Shown: positions 12,060 to 24,559, counted from the first letter of the whole stretch. The stretch is 62,939 nt of DNA, filler included, from Neolecta irregularis DAH-3 (GCA_001929475.1; 4 parts of 4 records of this genome joined end to end with filler, not necessarily neighbours in it); one strand, 5' to 3'. Made by a program: numbers and translations. Notes: generated from the letters alone by a model not told the origin.

Positions 12060-14842
12060 ATGGGAGAAGAACAGAACACAAATGGAATAATTGCTAATAC
12101 AGACCAACATCAATCAATAAATGAGCATGATATATCCTCGTCCTCGTCGTCTGTCGTGTCAAATCAGCTTCAGCCTTCGCCAGAAAAGTCATCGGCCATG
12201 GAAAATGAAGCAGCCGCTATCGCCAATCTTGTGAGCGGCCAGCTAGAGAGTTCCGCGAATGACCAACAGTCCGCTGTCGAGAGAGATACAACTCCTAAGC
12301 CGCCTAATGAAGTTATGCATAAGAATCCCAGTGATTCGTCACCTTCTCAAAGAATCAAAGAGTCAAAAATCTACGCTATTCTCTCCAGCCAACTTAAACG
12401 GAAGCGTTTGCCTCACGACAAAATCGGAATTTTCGAAGATAGAATTGCAATTAATCCAATGGATACCCAAGCCTGGCTCTCCCTTATCAAAGAACATAAA
12501 GAGAAAGGCAAGGTCGATGAAGTAAGAGCGGCCTTTCAGAGATTTTTCAAAGTTTATCCTGGTGCCGTACGCATTCTTTGGTCCGCAGGGAAATCTTATC
12601 ATATAGGCTAATCAATGGATTGACTGGATAAACCTTGAACAACAGTACAACAACTTTCAAAAAGTGGAAGAAATTTTTGCCAAATGCCTTCCAACCGTCC
12701 ATTCTGTCCCCCTTTATAAAGTTTATTTGGATTATGTACGCAGAGTAAATAGTATAAGTAGCGGAGGCCAGGGAGCACGCGACATCATTACGGCTGCATT
12801 TGATTTTGTTGTGAAAAGTGTGGGTTTAGATCGGGATAGTGGGAGTATCTGGTCGGAATATCTGGATTTCGTCAAAGGATGGGATGTACGTCAGCAAATT
12901 TTTGATAAGGCTGATTTTGAACAGGCTGGTACAAAATGGCAGGAACAACAGCAGATGGATCAACTCAGAAAGATATTTCAGCGAGCTGTCTGTATTCCCT
13001 TGGACAATCTTGAATCGCTTTGGAGGCGATATGATGCCTTCGAAAATGGATTGAACAGAGCTACGGTATAATTCAGCGTTGACTATGGTTGAGTTATTCA
13101 GGCACGCAAGTTCCTTGCAGAAAAGTCGCCCGCATATATGACTGCTCGAGCATCTCTTCGCGAATTAAGTGATATTCTCTCCAAAATCAACCGCAAAGAT
13201 CTTCCTTCTTTGCCGACATGGGATTCGAGCGATGTTGGCGAGGTATTTCACTTTATGATCTATTCTTATGTTTCAGCTCCTGGCTTGGAAACGCTGGATT
13301 GAATGGGAAAAATCTGATCCTTTGGTCTTGGAAAGTCCAAAAGCTCTATCTGAGCGAGTAATATATGCATACCGCCAAGCAATCATTCGTATGCGGTTCT
13401 ATCCAGAGATTTGGTGTGATGTTATCCTGAATTGTCTAACTTTCAAAGGTCTTCTGCGGCTGAGTACTATGTATCTCGACAGATGGAGAAAGAAGCTTCA
13501 GATCTCCTCAAGCAGGGGATTTTAGCCAATCCGACTAGCTATCTACTTCATTTTCAATATGCCGAGCACGTAGAAGCGAACGGTTGCCTGACGGAGAATC
13601 AAACCATCTTTGAGAATTTAATTCAAGCGGTCACTGCGGAAATTGAAAAAGTGCAAGCAACTGCTGAGATACAGAAGTCGCAGATAATGGAAGCTGTGGA
13701 TGAGAATGACGAAATTCAAGCTACTATTGCTAGTGAGGAAGAAGATGACGCAAAGTCCACCGAAAACCAGGACAAGAAAGAATCTCAGATTAAGGCAATC
13801 AACGAGGACACTTTGAGGAGATGTGAGGCCTTTGGAGCAGACTTGTCTGTTGCCTGGGTCATGTATATGCGTGCGATGAGAAGAACCGAGGGTATTAAAT
13901 CTACGCGTTTGGTATTTGCCAAAGCTCGAAAAGCGTTGTTCGTATCGCATATCATATACTCTGCCTCGGGTATTACATCCTCTCAATCACTCTATTGATG
14001 GAATAGCTATGATGGAATATCATTGCAGTAAAGATGCCACCATTGCTCGTAAGGTCTTTGAATTTGGATTAAAGAAATACTCGCAGAATGCAGATTACGT
14101 TCTTTCTTATCTCGATTTCCTGATAAATATCAACGACGACGCCAGTAAGTAACCCACAGAGCTTTGATGGAAACTCATATGAAGATGCTCGAGCTCTATT
14201 TGAGCGAACTGTTCCAAAATTCGAAGCAGAGAGCGCACGACCACTCTATCAAAGGTTTTATCAATATGAAGCACATTTTGGTGATCTTGGTGCTGTGTTG
14301 AAACTGGATTCCCGTATGACTGATCTGTATCCAAAAGGTATCACACATTCCAGTATTTTACTAATTTTCAAGAGTCCAGCTTATCAAAGTTTCGCCTTCG
14401 AAACCGATATGGTAGATCGGATGCCATTGCAAACCACGATTTGGGAGGTTTACGGCTACCGGCTCATCCATCGGAAATAAAGAAAAGTTCTGACTCATCG
14501 TCGGATGATTCAGATTCTTCGACCGAGGACGAGAAAGTTGAAACTCCAAAAAAGCGCAAACGAAAGAATAAACGACCAATTGTCAAAGATCGAAAACCCG
14601 GAAATGCTTCTCCTGCCAGAAAGCGACTGCAGACCAAGACATTGGCTAGAGATTCACCGTCTCCTACGGGTGCTCCTGTTCTTGTCCAACTCCCAGATGC
14701 ATTAGCTACCATGGTCTCTCGGTTGCCTCCTGCGGAAATATTTGATGGGGCTACTTTCCATTGTGATAAACTGGTTGATTTAATTCTCAAAGCAGAAGTA
14801 AGGCCTGTGGTTTTGGGAGATGAGATTTGGCAAAAATCTTAA
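12060..14842 (+). CDS. RNA14: mRNA 3'-end processing factor Rna14/CstF-77 (HAT repeats); about 8 introns
   Basis: KRKRLPHDKIG, QRAVCIPLDNLESLWRRYDAFE, WIEWEKSDPL, YMRAMRRTEGIK...MEYHCSKD. Confidence 0.93.
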
Positions 14843-15123
14843 TTGGAGTGCAAAAGATTGATTAAGGGCTGTGTTTATCCATTGTATCCTAAGGATTTTA
14901 GTATATGAGTATAATTTTTGCCGAATCGGCGTATAAGAGATTGAGCTATGCAAATATTTAGCCTAAGTGGCATTGTTTTATTGATGGCAGCCTATAATAA
15001 ATGGCCGTCCAAGAAAATGGGATCGCCCAAGACCAACCGATGTACCACAGTTTCCATTTACACTCCACCACATCGCCCGCCCTATTTCTATCTTGAGCAG
15101 TCGCCCAGTGCACATCCGCGTAT

Positions 15124-16673
15124 ATGGATTTTGTTAGCTATGAGATTTCGGACGAAGTGCAGTTCTGGTCAGGCAAGCTGTTTTGTCCCGCTTTCACAGA
15201 CTAGTGCTGACTATAGCGAGAGCTCGACGAGATTTTGAGTCCGTTCACGCAGACTAAAGACGTGGTAGATGCTGCTGCCCGTTCATTTGTCCGATTATCG
15301 GCTTCTTATAGAGGCTCGCATGACTCTCAAGTCGTTACTTATGTATAGAGGAATATCTTCAGCGCGATGCGGATGTGGAATCCTGCTGTTCCAAACTCTT
15401 GGATTCGCCTTTATACGAAAAATACGGCGACCGCGTGCGAAAATATTTTATTGAAGAGGCGATATCTGTAATTCTGCGCATGATATTGCATTTTAACCTA
15501 AGAATCCTGACAATTCAAGGCGATATATCTTATTTTCGTTATTACTATATGATGGACGAAATCGACATGCAACCTTCAAAGCATTGAAGAAAGCCAACGT
15601 GTTTCTCGTCTTGATCGAGATTGTTTGGAAAAAGTACGAGCAAGACTTTCGTTTACATAGACTGGGCGTTGAAATGCTTTATGAAATGTGTAGAACACAA
15701 AAGCTTTCGCGACACGAACTAGGTATGTTTGTGGGGGAATTCAGGTTGATTGTGGAGAAAATATCGATCCAAATCTTATTAGTTTTCTTTTTGAATTGGC
15801 CGAACATACAAGTGCCAACGAGCCGTATGCTCAAGCAATCGCCAAAGTTTTGGTAACGCATTGTTCAGAGTTGGGATTTACCGCGTAGCTCGTCTTCAAT
15901 GAACAATATATGATCGCTTCATTACCTCCGCCAAAGGGTTCGCCCCGCACACCATTTCAAACCTGCAATCCACCAATCAAAAATAAAGTAATCTTAATAC
16001 TCTCTGAAAAAGGATCAAGTTGTCGTTCGTTTGGCGAGATAGTAATCTTTATGCTCAACAGACAACGCAAGTATTCTATTTGTATTGGGCTTATAGTGTA
16101 GGCGAAACATGTGTTCAGTTATTAATACTAAAGCTGCTCTATTTACTATTTATTACGCCAAGGACTTATGAATATATGTACACCAACGATCTTCGTGTTC
16201 TAGTCGATGTATTCATCCGAGAACTGAACGATCTCCCGGACGAAGCTGAAGCGGTAGATCTGCGCTCTTTCTGGATTGACATATAGCTACGACATACTTA
16301 TCTACGCGTCTTGCATCCTCTTCTTTCACACACCCAACTCCGTCGTGAACCCCATTACAAACGCGAGGCTCTCCGGAAACTGTTTCATGGCTTGAAGGGT
16401 GGTCAGTACTGGGCAGTGAAGACACCCAGCCCCACGACACTACGTCTTGTTGAGCGGTGTCTTCGAGTATCGTGGATTCAAGACCAAGGAGACGATACAC
16501 CAACTGTAAAGTACTTGGATGTTGCTCATTTATCAGAGACGGGGAGCAGTGTTAGTCTCATGAATGTTGCGCATACCCCGAAACCGCCTGCTGGTGTTCA
16601 GACGCCATCGTTGAAGGATCGTCAGTTGATAGGTCAGGTTACCGGAGTTGATGGAGTGATTGCACAAGCGTGA
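15124..16673 (+). CDS. LDB17: Ldb17/Dip1/SPIN90-family Arp2/3 activator; 7 introns, three with GC donors
   Basis: [41 protein letters not shown]...[19 protein letters not shown]...[17 protein letters not shown]. Confidence 0.85.
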
Positions 16674-16710
16674 TTGGCGTTCTGGTGTTTATCTCTTTGG
16701 CGATGCTTCC

Positions 16711-17664
16711 TTAATGGCTGTTGTGTCGAGAGGTCTCCTGCGAGTCGACTATGTCCGCCCAGGACGCGCCTTTGCGTCGTTTCGTCTTGGTGTTTACTGT
16801 CTGTTCCATAAGAGTGTGTTTATGGGTCTCCAATTGAATCTTTTGCTGTCTCATTACTATGCCTATCTCATTTCGCATATTTCCTTTAAACTCGATCTGC
16901 ACCTCCACTTCTACGACCTCGTCCATGAATGGGGCTAGCCAAACCTCCCAGCCGAACCGTTGCAGCAGGAGCAGTTCGCTGCTGACCCTGATAAATTCCA
17001 ACACGGCAAACCTTTTTAGCGGTTTGACAATCCTGGGGGTAATGTGTGAATTCCCTGACAACCCCAAATATCTCAGATTTGAGAATTTTCCCAGACTGGC
17101 GGCCAATCCAAACTTGTAAACGTGGTCGTCTGAAATTCTAGTCGCATGTAGTTCAAGGTCTCGTAATTTAGGTACATCTCCCAGCAAATAGACTTGGTCC
17201 CGTCGGATATCGCAGGCTGATAAATCTATGATTGTGATTGCATGAGATAGATGCTGGGCGATGTATTTCACTATTTGGGGAAATTGCGCGCCCGATAGGT
17301 TTTTGTGTCTCCACGTTATTGGATGAGGATGAGCTAAGGTGTATATCGCAAACAGGTGGATAGAACGAGGTGATGAGCTGTATATTAGATCTGCGAGGCC
17401 TCGCGGCAACGACTGGAAATGTGTTGAACTGAGACTTGACGTATGGTTTGAGAGATATGTCTTGCATATATCAACCAAAGAAGGTGGATTGGATGAACTG
17501 AGAGAAACCAAAGGAGGATACTGAACTTGAAAAGGATTGAAGGGATCACTTTTTTGAATGCAAAGCGGGGCTGTGTCCAAGTCTAGTGTTTTCAAATGCC
17601 TTTCTATCCGCGTATCATTTGGAGGCTTTGAATTATGCGAGATTCGCGCTCCTGATCTGAACAT
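16711..17664 (-). CDS. Intronless hypothetical protein with RNI-like leucine-rich repeats
   Basis: 317-aa ORF with LRR-like IIDLSAC, LRDLELHATRISD and LRYLGLSGNSHIT. Confidence 0.6.
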   Translation of the reverse strand: MFRSGARISHNSKPPNDTRIERHLKTLDLDTAPLCIQKSDPFNPFQVQYPPLVSLSSSNPPSLVDICKTYLSNHTSSLSSTHFQSLPRGLADLIYSSSPRSIHLFAIYTLAHPHPITWRHKNLSGAQFPQIVKYIAQHLSHAITIIDLSACDIRRDQVYLLGDVPKLRDLELHATRISDDHVYKFGLAASLGKFSNLRYLGLSGNSHITPRIVKPLKRFAVLEFIRVSSELLLLQRFGWEVWLAPFMDEVVEVEVQIEFKGNMRNEIGIVMRQQKIQLETHKHTLMEQTVNTKTKRRKGASWADIVDSQETSRHNSH

Positions 17665-17731
17665 TGTGGTTGTCTCGAATTAGATACAAGACTGGATAGA
17701 TTTGAGGGAGGAAGTTGAGTACGCGCAACAA

Positions 17732-18559
17732 ATGACTCGCCGTTCTCCGTCTTTGAAGAAAAGTTTCCTTTATCTCGGCGTATTCCTTTCCATTTTAGCC
17801 TCTTTGTATCAAGCGTTTTTGATATTTCTTTTTGATTCAGTATAGATCAAGTCGCTATTCGCCCCGATTACAATCCGTCAAACTCCTCTTGTTGACAGCT
17901 CATCCTGATGATGAATCAATGTTTTTTGGACCAACGCTTTTAAATCTGCAACATACCCAAATATCGATATTGTGTTTGTCGAATGGAGATGACGGGGGCC
18001 TGGGCTCCATTCGCCAAGTCGAATTACGCGATGCCGCTGGCGTTTTGGGAATCAACAGTATTAAAGTAATCAATGATCAGTATTAGAGTATTCAATAACC
18101 AAATAACGGGATAGACGAATACCGGATGGAATGAACGTTACTTGGGATAAAACTATCATCCAAGAATACCTCGCTCAGTATCGACAATCATTCGATTTCG
18201 ATACGGTATATCCTTTTACAAATAAATCCAACTGGCAGATTCTCACTTTTGATCAAGAGGGCGTTTCGTCACATTTGAATCATATTTCGCTCTTCCAGGC
18301 CTCGCTTGATTTTTGCAAAATGTATGATTTGGGGTTATATACATTGCGCACTGTAGCAATTTATCAAAAGTACTTGGGCGCATTTGATATTTTGTTCTCG
18401 ACCATGTCTAGCGACTTGACGTTTGTTAATTCGCCGGTGAAATGGTACACGGGAGTTTGTGCTATGAGAAGACATAAATCGCAAATGGTTTGGTTTCGAT
18501 GGGGATGGGTTACTTTATCGAGATATATGTATGTCAATACAATCTCTAAAAGGTTGTGA
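17732..18559 (+). CDS. GPI12: N-acetylglucosaminyl-phosphatidylinositol de-N-acetylase (PIG-L)
   Basis: N-terminal TM anchor, AHPDDESMFFGPT, TFDQEGVSSHLNH, AMRRHKSQMVWFRW...SRYM. Confidence 0.92.
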
Positions 18560-18853
18560 ATTGGAGAAACTTTTAATTGAGAAACTATTAATTGTAAAGA
18601 GCTCCGTGGAGATTAGAGAAACTTCTAATTGCATTCGGACTTCTTCGTTTGTCTGACAAGCAAATCACTTGAACACGATTACACAGTTTGATTAGTGGTA
18701 CTACTCTAGGAGAGGTGTTCGTCATCAGGTGCCCTAGATAAATCTTCGCCAACTGCGAAAACCCAACCTCCACCTTTCTACCCCTTTTCTCATTTCAAAC
18801 CTCTTCCTTGTACCAGTCTCCCTCGCTCCTTACCCTCTTCTATCAAATAACAG

Positions 18854-20402
18854 ATGTCTGGTACGTCTCAATTGTGCTCGCGACACTATGTTCTAACGGA
18901 CATTTAGACGTCGATGAGCAAAGTATTGCCTCCGAGGCTCGTAGCAATCCGGATTTCGAGACTGAAACAGGCGACACGCAATCTTCTCCTGATCTCAAAG
19001 TATGCGAGTTATTGTAGATTTGGCTAATGCAAAGACTCCTGTGAACGAACTGCAGGACCTGTATCCATCCAAAGTTTCGAATATAGTCCGAAGGAAGCTT
19101 ACTGGATTCGTGGGCTTTGCCAATTTGCCTAATCAATGCCACCGAAGAAGTGTTCGCAAGGGGTTTAATTTTACGATGATGGTTGTTGGTAACGAGATTT
19201 GATCGAGGGTGGTGCTAATAAATAGGGGAATCCGGACTGGGCAAGACGACTTTGGTGAATACGTTGTTTAATTCTTCGTTGTATCCGCCGAAGCCGGTAG
19301 CCGGGCCGAGTTTGGAAGTGCCCAAGACTGTTGCGATTCAGAGCATATCTGCTGGTAGTGTTTTGCGCGAGTTTGCTGACGGACTAGATATTGAAGAGAA
19401 TGGGGTTCGATTGAGGTTGAATGTTGTAGACACCCCAGGGTTTGGGGACTTTATCGACAACGATGAGAGTTGGAAGCCCATCTTGGAGAATATTGAGGGG
19501 CGCTTTGACAGCTATTTGGAGGCGGAGAACCGAGTCAACCGGGCCAACATTATTGACAATCGGGTGCATGCATGTGTTTACTGTATCCAGCCTACTGGGC
19601 ATTCGCTCAAGGAGCTTGATATTGAGTTTATGAAGAGACTGCATACAAAAGTGAATCTTATTCCGGTCGTGGCCAAGGCGGATATGCTTACGGAGGAGGA
19701 GGTTGAGGCATTTAAGCGGCGGGCAAGGGGGCTTGTGGAGCGTGCTGACTGTAGATTCTTGCCGACATTGAGTATCACCAGATCAAGATCTTTGAGGCGC
19801 CGCGATACGAGCTGGACGACGAGGAGACGATCTGCGAGAACCGGGAGATTATGGCGAAGATTCCGTTTGCGGTGGTTGGCAGCACGAACGAGGTGATGAC
19901 GTCGAGCGGCAAGCTTGGGCGGGGGCGCAAGTATCCGTGGGGGGTTGTTGAGACGGACAACGAGGACCACTGCGACTTTGTGAAGCTGCGGCAGATGCTT
20001 ATCCGCACGCACATGGAGGAGCTCAAGGAGAACACGAACGACGTGTTGTACGAGAACTACCGCAGCGAGAAGCTGACTGCGATGGGAGTTGCGCAGGACC
20101 AGACGGTGTTCAAGGAGGTGAATCCTGCGGCGAAGCAGGAGGAGGAGCGGCAGCTGCACGAGGCGAAGCTGGCGAAGATGGAGGCGGAGATGAAGATGGT
20201 GTTTCAGCAAAAGGTGACGGAGAAGGAGTCGAAGCTGCAGCAGTCGCAGAAGGAGCTGTATCTGCGGCACACGGAGATGAAGGAGAATCTGGAGAAGCAG
20301 AAGGCGGAGCTGACGGACAAGCTGATGCGGATCCAGCAGCAGGGCAAGAATCTGGAGGAGAAGGGCAAGCGAAAGGGGTTTAGTCTGCGGGGGGCGAGTT
20401 AG
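18854..20402 (+). CDS. CDC3: Septin, Cdc3/AspB group; 5 introns including a 32-nt GC-AG intron (19723-19754)
   Basis: [12 protein letters not shown]-loop [28 protein letters not shown]-terminal coiled coil ending [10 protein letters not shown]. Confidence 0.9.
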
Positions 20403-20429
20403 CTATTGATAATTGAGTGCGTCTGATTA

Positions 20430-20547
20430 GTGCATTCTCTTTCTTTACTCCACTTTTCCACTCCACGTGCTCCATCCACTCTCCATCCACTCTTACCACT
20501 CACCCACCCACGTACTCCACCCACTCACCACTCACCACTCCTCTTCA
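20430..20547 (+). repeat. C/T-rich low-complexity (CCACT-like) intergenic tract
   Basis: Repeated ccact/ccacc units between CDC3 and POM33. Confidence 0.6.
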
Positions 20548-20559
20548 ATCTAACCAACG

Positions 20560-21469
20560 ATGACTGCCGCCCCCGCCGTGCTCCCGCTGCAGAAGCGGCT
20601 CGAGAATCTCGTCCAGCACACGCAGTTTGCGTGGTGGACCGGCCACCTGGTGCTGCTGCTTGCGGCCCTGCGCTACTCGGTCGCCGTGCTGCGCCTGGCC
20701 GCCGCGGCGCACGCCTGGGCGTACCGCACGGCCTTTCTGGCGGCGATCTTTGCGTACTCTGTGGTTATCTACAAGACGTATGCGCGGGCTGGCTTCCGCC
20801 TGGACTGGCCGGCGCTGACGCGCTTCTGGATGGACGAGAACGTCCAGTACCTGCTGCTGGCGCTTGTCTTCTTCCGCGCGGCGCCGATCTACCTGGCGCT
20901 GCTGCCGTACGCGGTGTTTTCCTTCTTCCACTTTGTGTCGTACCTGCGCGCCAACGTGCTGCCGGCGCTGGCCCCAGCCGCGCTGGCGACGCCGGCGTCG
21001 CCCGCGGCGCGCCTGGCCGCGCAGATCCAGTACTGGGTCAAGGCGACGTACGAGCCTGCGATGCGGCTTGTTGCGCAGATCGAGGTGGTTGCGCTGGGCG
21101 GGCGGATCCTGCTCGGGGTGCTGACGTACGCCCCGGCCTGCTACTTGCTTGCACAGCCGCTCACCGCCACAGGCTGCGCACGTCGTGGGGCGTGCTGCTC
21201 GTCTACCTGCACTTTCTGCGCTTCCGCTACTTTACGAGCGCATACACGCGGTACCGCCCCAGCCGCCGCCGCCGCCGCTGACGCACAGCCACACCTTTAC
21301 GCGCGTCGCGCTGCGCATCGACCATCTCGTTGCGGCGCACAACTGCCCGCCCGCGCTCGCCGCCGCCTGGCACGCCTTCAAGCGCGGCGTTGCGCAGTAC
21401 GCCACGACGCCGTTGATCAACACGCCCGCCGCCGCAAGCCCCGCCGGCGACAGCGACAAGGCCGAGTAG
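20560..21469 (+). CDS. POM33: Pom33/TMEM33 (UPF0121) ER/nuclear-pore membrane protein; 2 introns
   Basis: QFAWWTGH, AYSVVIYKT, DENVQYLLLAL, LLPYAVFSFFH..SY.R, FLRFRY.TSAYTR. Confidence 0.85.
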
Positions 21470-21566
21470 CAACGTCTTTGTATCGTATCTGATCTGTCTG
21501 CATCTGTCTTTTCTCTCTCTTCCTCTTCTCTCTTCTCCCTCCCTCCTCTGTCTTCCCTCCCTCCCC

Positions 21567-24326
21567 TCACTTCCTCCGGCGCCCCTTCTTCTCTACAATC
21601 TTAAACTGCCCGTTCCACTCTGCTTCCGCCCGCCTCCCCGGCGTCCGCGCAACCTCGCTCCACGCCCCCTTGCGCCGCGCTACAAACTCCTGCGCAAACC
21701 GCCGCCCGTCCATCGTCGTCGAGTTGGCGTAGATCGTCTCGGCGATGATCTCCTGCGAGTCCCGCGTCAGAGGGAACGAAAGAAGCAGCTGCAGCGTCTG
21801 CTCAGCTGTATACCGTTACCTTGTTCACAGACCGGGTGGTGCTACCATTGACATTCGCATTCAACCCTCTCATCGAGTCCCGCGCCCACTGCGTAAACTC
21901 CTCGCTCGCGAGCAAAGAGTTCCACACCACCACGGGCCCGGCGGCTTTCGCGGCCGGCTTGCCCGCGACAATATTCTTGCTGGCGGGCGGGCCCTTGGGC
22001 TTCCCGACCACCGTCCACGCGCCCCCGCCCGCGGTCCCGCTCTTTGCGGCCCCGCTCGGCGACGCGGCGGTGTCGGCGTACCGCTTCGCGCTCTCCCTGC
22101 AAACATCGCTCTTCCTCGCTTCCTCCTCCTCTTGAATCTGCTGCAGCGTCTTCTTGTTCCCTGCGGCGCCCTTCCATCCGCTGCCCTTGGACGCCCATCC
22201 AGCTCCAACAGGCAGCCCCTCATAGCCTTCGCCGGTCTCTTTTCCTTCTTGACCCTTTCGACTCTCTTTTCCTTCTTGACCCTTTCGACTCTCTTTTCCA
22301 GTCTCCTTCATATTTCCAGTCTCTTTCATATTTCCAGTCTCTTTTTGACTCTCTTTTTGACTATCTTTCCTATCTCTTCGACTCTCTTTTCGAGCTTCAA
22401 GCATCTGTATCTCGGAAAACGAAGGCGTCGAAATATTGCCCTTTGGGGATGCCCATTTATTCTTCGGCGTCGGTATCTGCTCCACAACTGGACTCGTACT
22501 AGATTTCTCTTCAGACGGTGTAGTCGTCGTAAGCGCTTTTTCTTCAGGTTGATCTATCTCGACTTCCTTTTCAGCCTCGACTACCTCCAATGGACCGTCT
22601 ACTGTAGAATTGTTCCATGGACTAAACCCAATCGATGTCCCTACAACTGGAGAAAACGGAGGTCGATGATTATCATACGGAGAATACTGCCTTAATTGCT
22701 GCTGATGAAACAGCTCCTTTTGCCGAGCTGCAAGAATCGCTTCCTCTTGCTTTCTTCTTTCCAACGCATTCTGCTGCTCAGCAGTCAGCGTCGTCCCGAA
22801 ACTAGGAAATTGGCCCGGAAACGGAGGCTGCAATCGCCCTGGCTCCCATGCACTCGGCCCTTTACATCCAATCGGAAGCGTTTCCGTCCTCGACGGCAAC
22901 GGTATCAAGAAGGGCTCTTTTTTATTGCCAATGCGAGATATAAACGATCCCAGCAGCTCGAAATTCACATCCTCCTCCATTTTCACTTGTAGGTCGAATT
23001 TGAAAAAGCCAGCAGTATACCACTCGTGCATTTGCAACCCCGTAAACGGGCCTTGAATCGACCCTGACGGGTCCCGATAATGCCAGGATACGGAATCAGG
23101 CATTCTCATTACGCGAGTGGTGTTTGGCGGAGCAGCGGGCAAAGATGGTGTGTTTGGAGCTACCGGGTGCTCAAAAAGCGCTGGATTCGCGGATTGCGTG
23201 TCGTAAAAGGGCTGCATTGGCGCGGACTGCCGCACCGGTTGGCTGGGAAACCGGTCTGCTTCGCTAATAGGATCTTCATTAAAAGTCGACTGCTTGACCG
23301 TCTCGGGAATCGCAGCAGCATGTTCGAGTTCTTCTGGTTGAATACCAAGGCTTGCTAGGCGAGACACTTGACGACCTCCAGCAAGTCCGGGGCGAGGAAA
23401 GGTATTCTCCATCGCCGAGTCGACTGATCGTCGAGGCCGGGCAACAAAGACTTCACCAATCTACGAATGAGCTCATGTAGACGGAAAACGCTCACTTGAT
23501 GGGTTTTCGAAATGTCGGCGCTATATTCGCCGGGACTGTCTCTTGTAAAATATCCATCTTGATTAAATGCTCCCACTGTCTCTGCACTAGAGGTCTGCCA
23601 TACTTCGGCAAACGGCCCTTCCCGGCTACGTGAGCTTCGAGTGGAAACATCAGAGCCTTTCCCGATCATGTCCTTTCGCGCTGGGATAAGCAGAGGATAG
23701 ATCGAGAGCATACATCTTTGGTAACCTGCACTGCGCGGGGTATTCACTCGCTGTGGATACAGCCGTCCTGACCCGCCGAGCTCAAAGGCATGGGTGCTGA
23801 TTGCGTCCGGTCGGCGTTTGCGGTCGCAGTTGACTTTGCCAGAAAAAAGCTGCACACTCAATCACTCCTCGCCAAGTATAATACCCTTGAATCATCCTCA
23901 GTCATGGACGACAGTGATAGAGGTTCTTGCGGCGAAGCACGGACGAGATAGCTGTCGACGTCCAGGCAGAGAGGAATGCCGGCATTGAGATACCTGCCTG
24001 GATTGGCCTTGAAGACGTCGAGAATGTTGTCTCGCGAGAACTTGGGGTTGTCTCGCGAGAGCTTGAGAGTGTCAAGGTTGTCTCGCGACAACTTGGGAGT
24101 CTGAAGGCTGTCTACTGGCGGGTGATGTCCATTTAAAAGTGTGTTGTATGCAAGAGCAGCGCTGTACGAGAACGAGGGTTGGCTATGGATGTCGGGCGGT
24201 GGAGCGATGGACGAGGGAGGGAGCGAAGCGGGCTTTGAGGATGACTGGAGCCTGGACGGATTGAGCGGCGGGGGTGAGCAAAGACGCATACCATTCCGGA
24301 GCCAGGGTTTGCAGTGTCGGGGCCAT
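21567..24326 (-). CDS. GYF-domain protein (Smy2/Syh1/Mpd2, GIGYF-like); 4 introns
   Basis: GYF domain WHYRDPSGSIQGPFTGLQMHEWYTAGFF, LTAEQQNALERRKQEE, C-terminal IIAETIYANSTTMDGRRFAQEF. N-terminal LAPEWL is split by an intron. Confidence 0.85.
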
Positions 24327-24493
24327 TGGAGCAAGCGTGGTGGAACAGTGAGGTGACGGAAAATTCAATGCAATGCAGCGCCGGGGCAAATGTGCCCGCA
24401 CTTGGAAATACATGCACAACAGCCTTGTGCTGCAAATGTTCTTTTATGCCCCGGCACAGTATATAGACAGTGTTGCAATATAGACAGACAATG

Positions 24494-24559
24494 CCGCAAA
24501 ACCCATAACCGCCAGACTTGCAAGTGGAACTGAATGAATATTCGCAGCATGGCTCTCCG
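24494..24559 (+). repeat. Exact 66-nt copy of window positions 1-66 (LAT1 promoter and ATG) at a contig end
   Basis: Identical string ccgcaaaacc...atggctctccg, followed by Ns. Confidence 0.95.

Noticed and set aside
19578-22695. Many long overlapping or antisense ORFs
   Set aside because: Expected shadow ORFs in a GC-rich, stop-poor region opposite CDC3, POM33 and the GYF gene.
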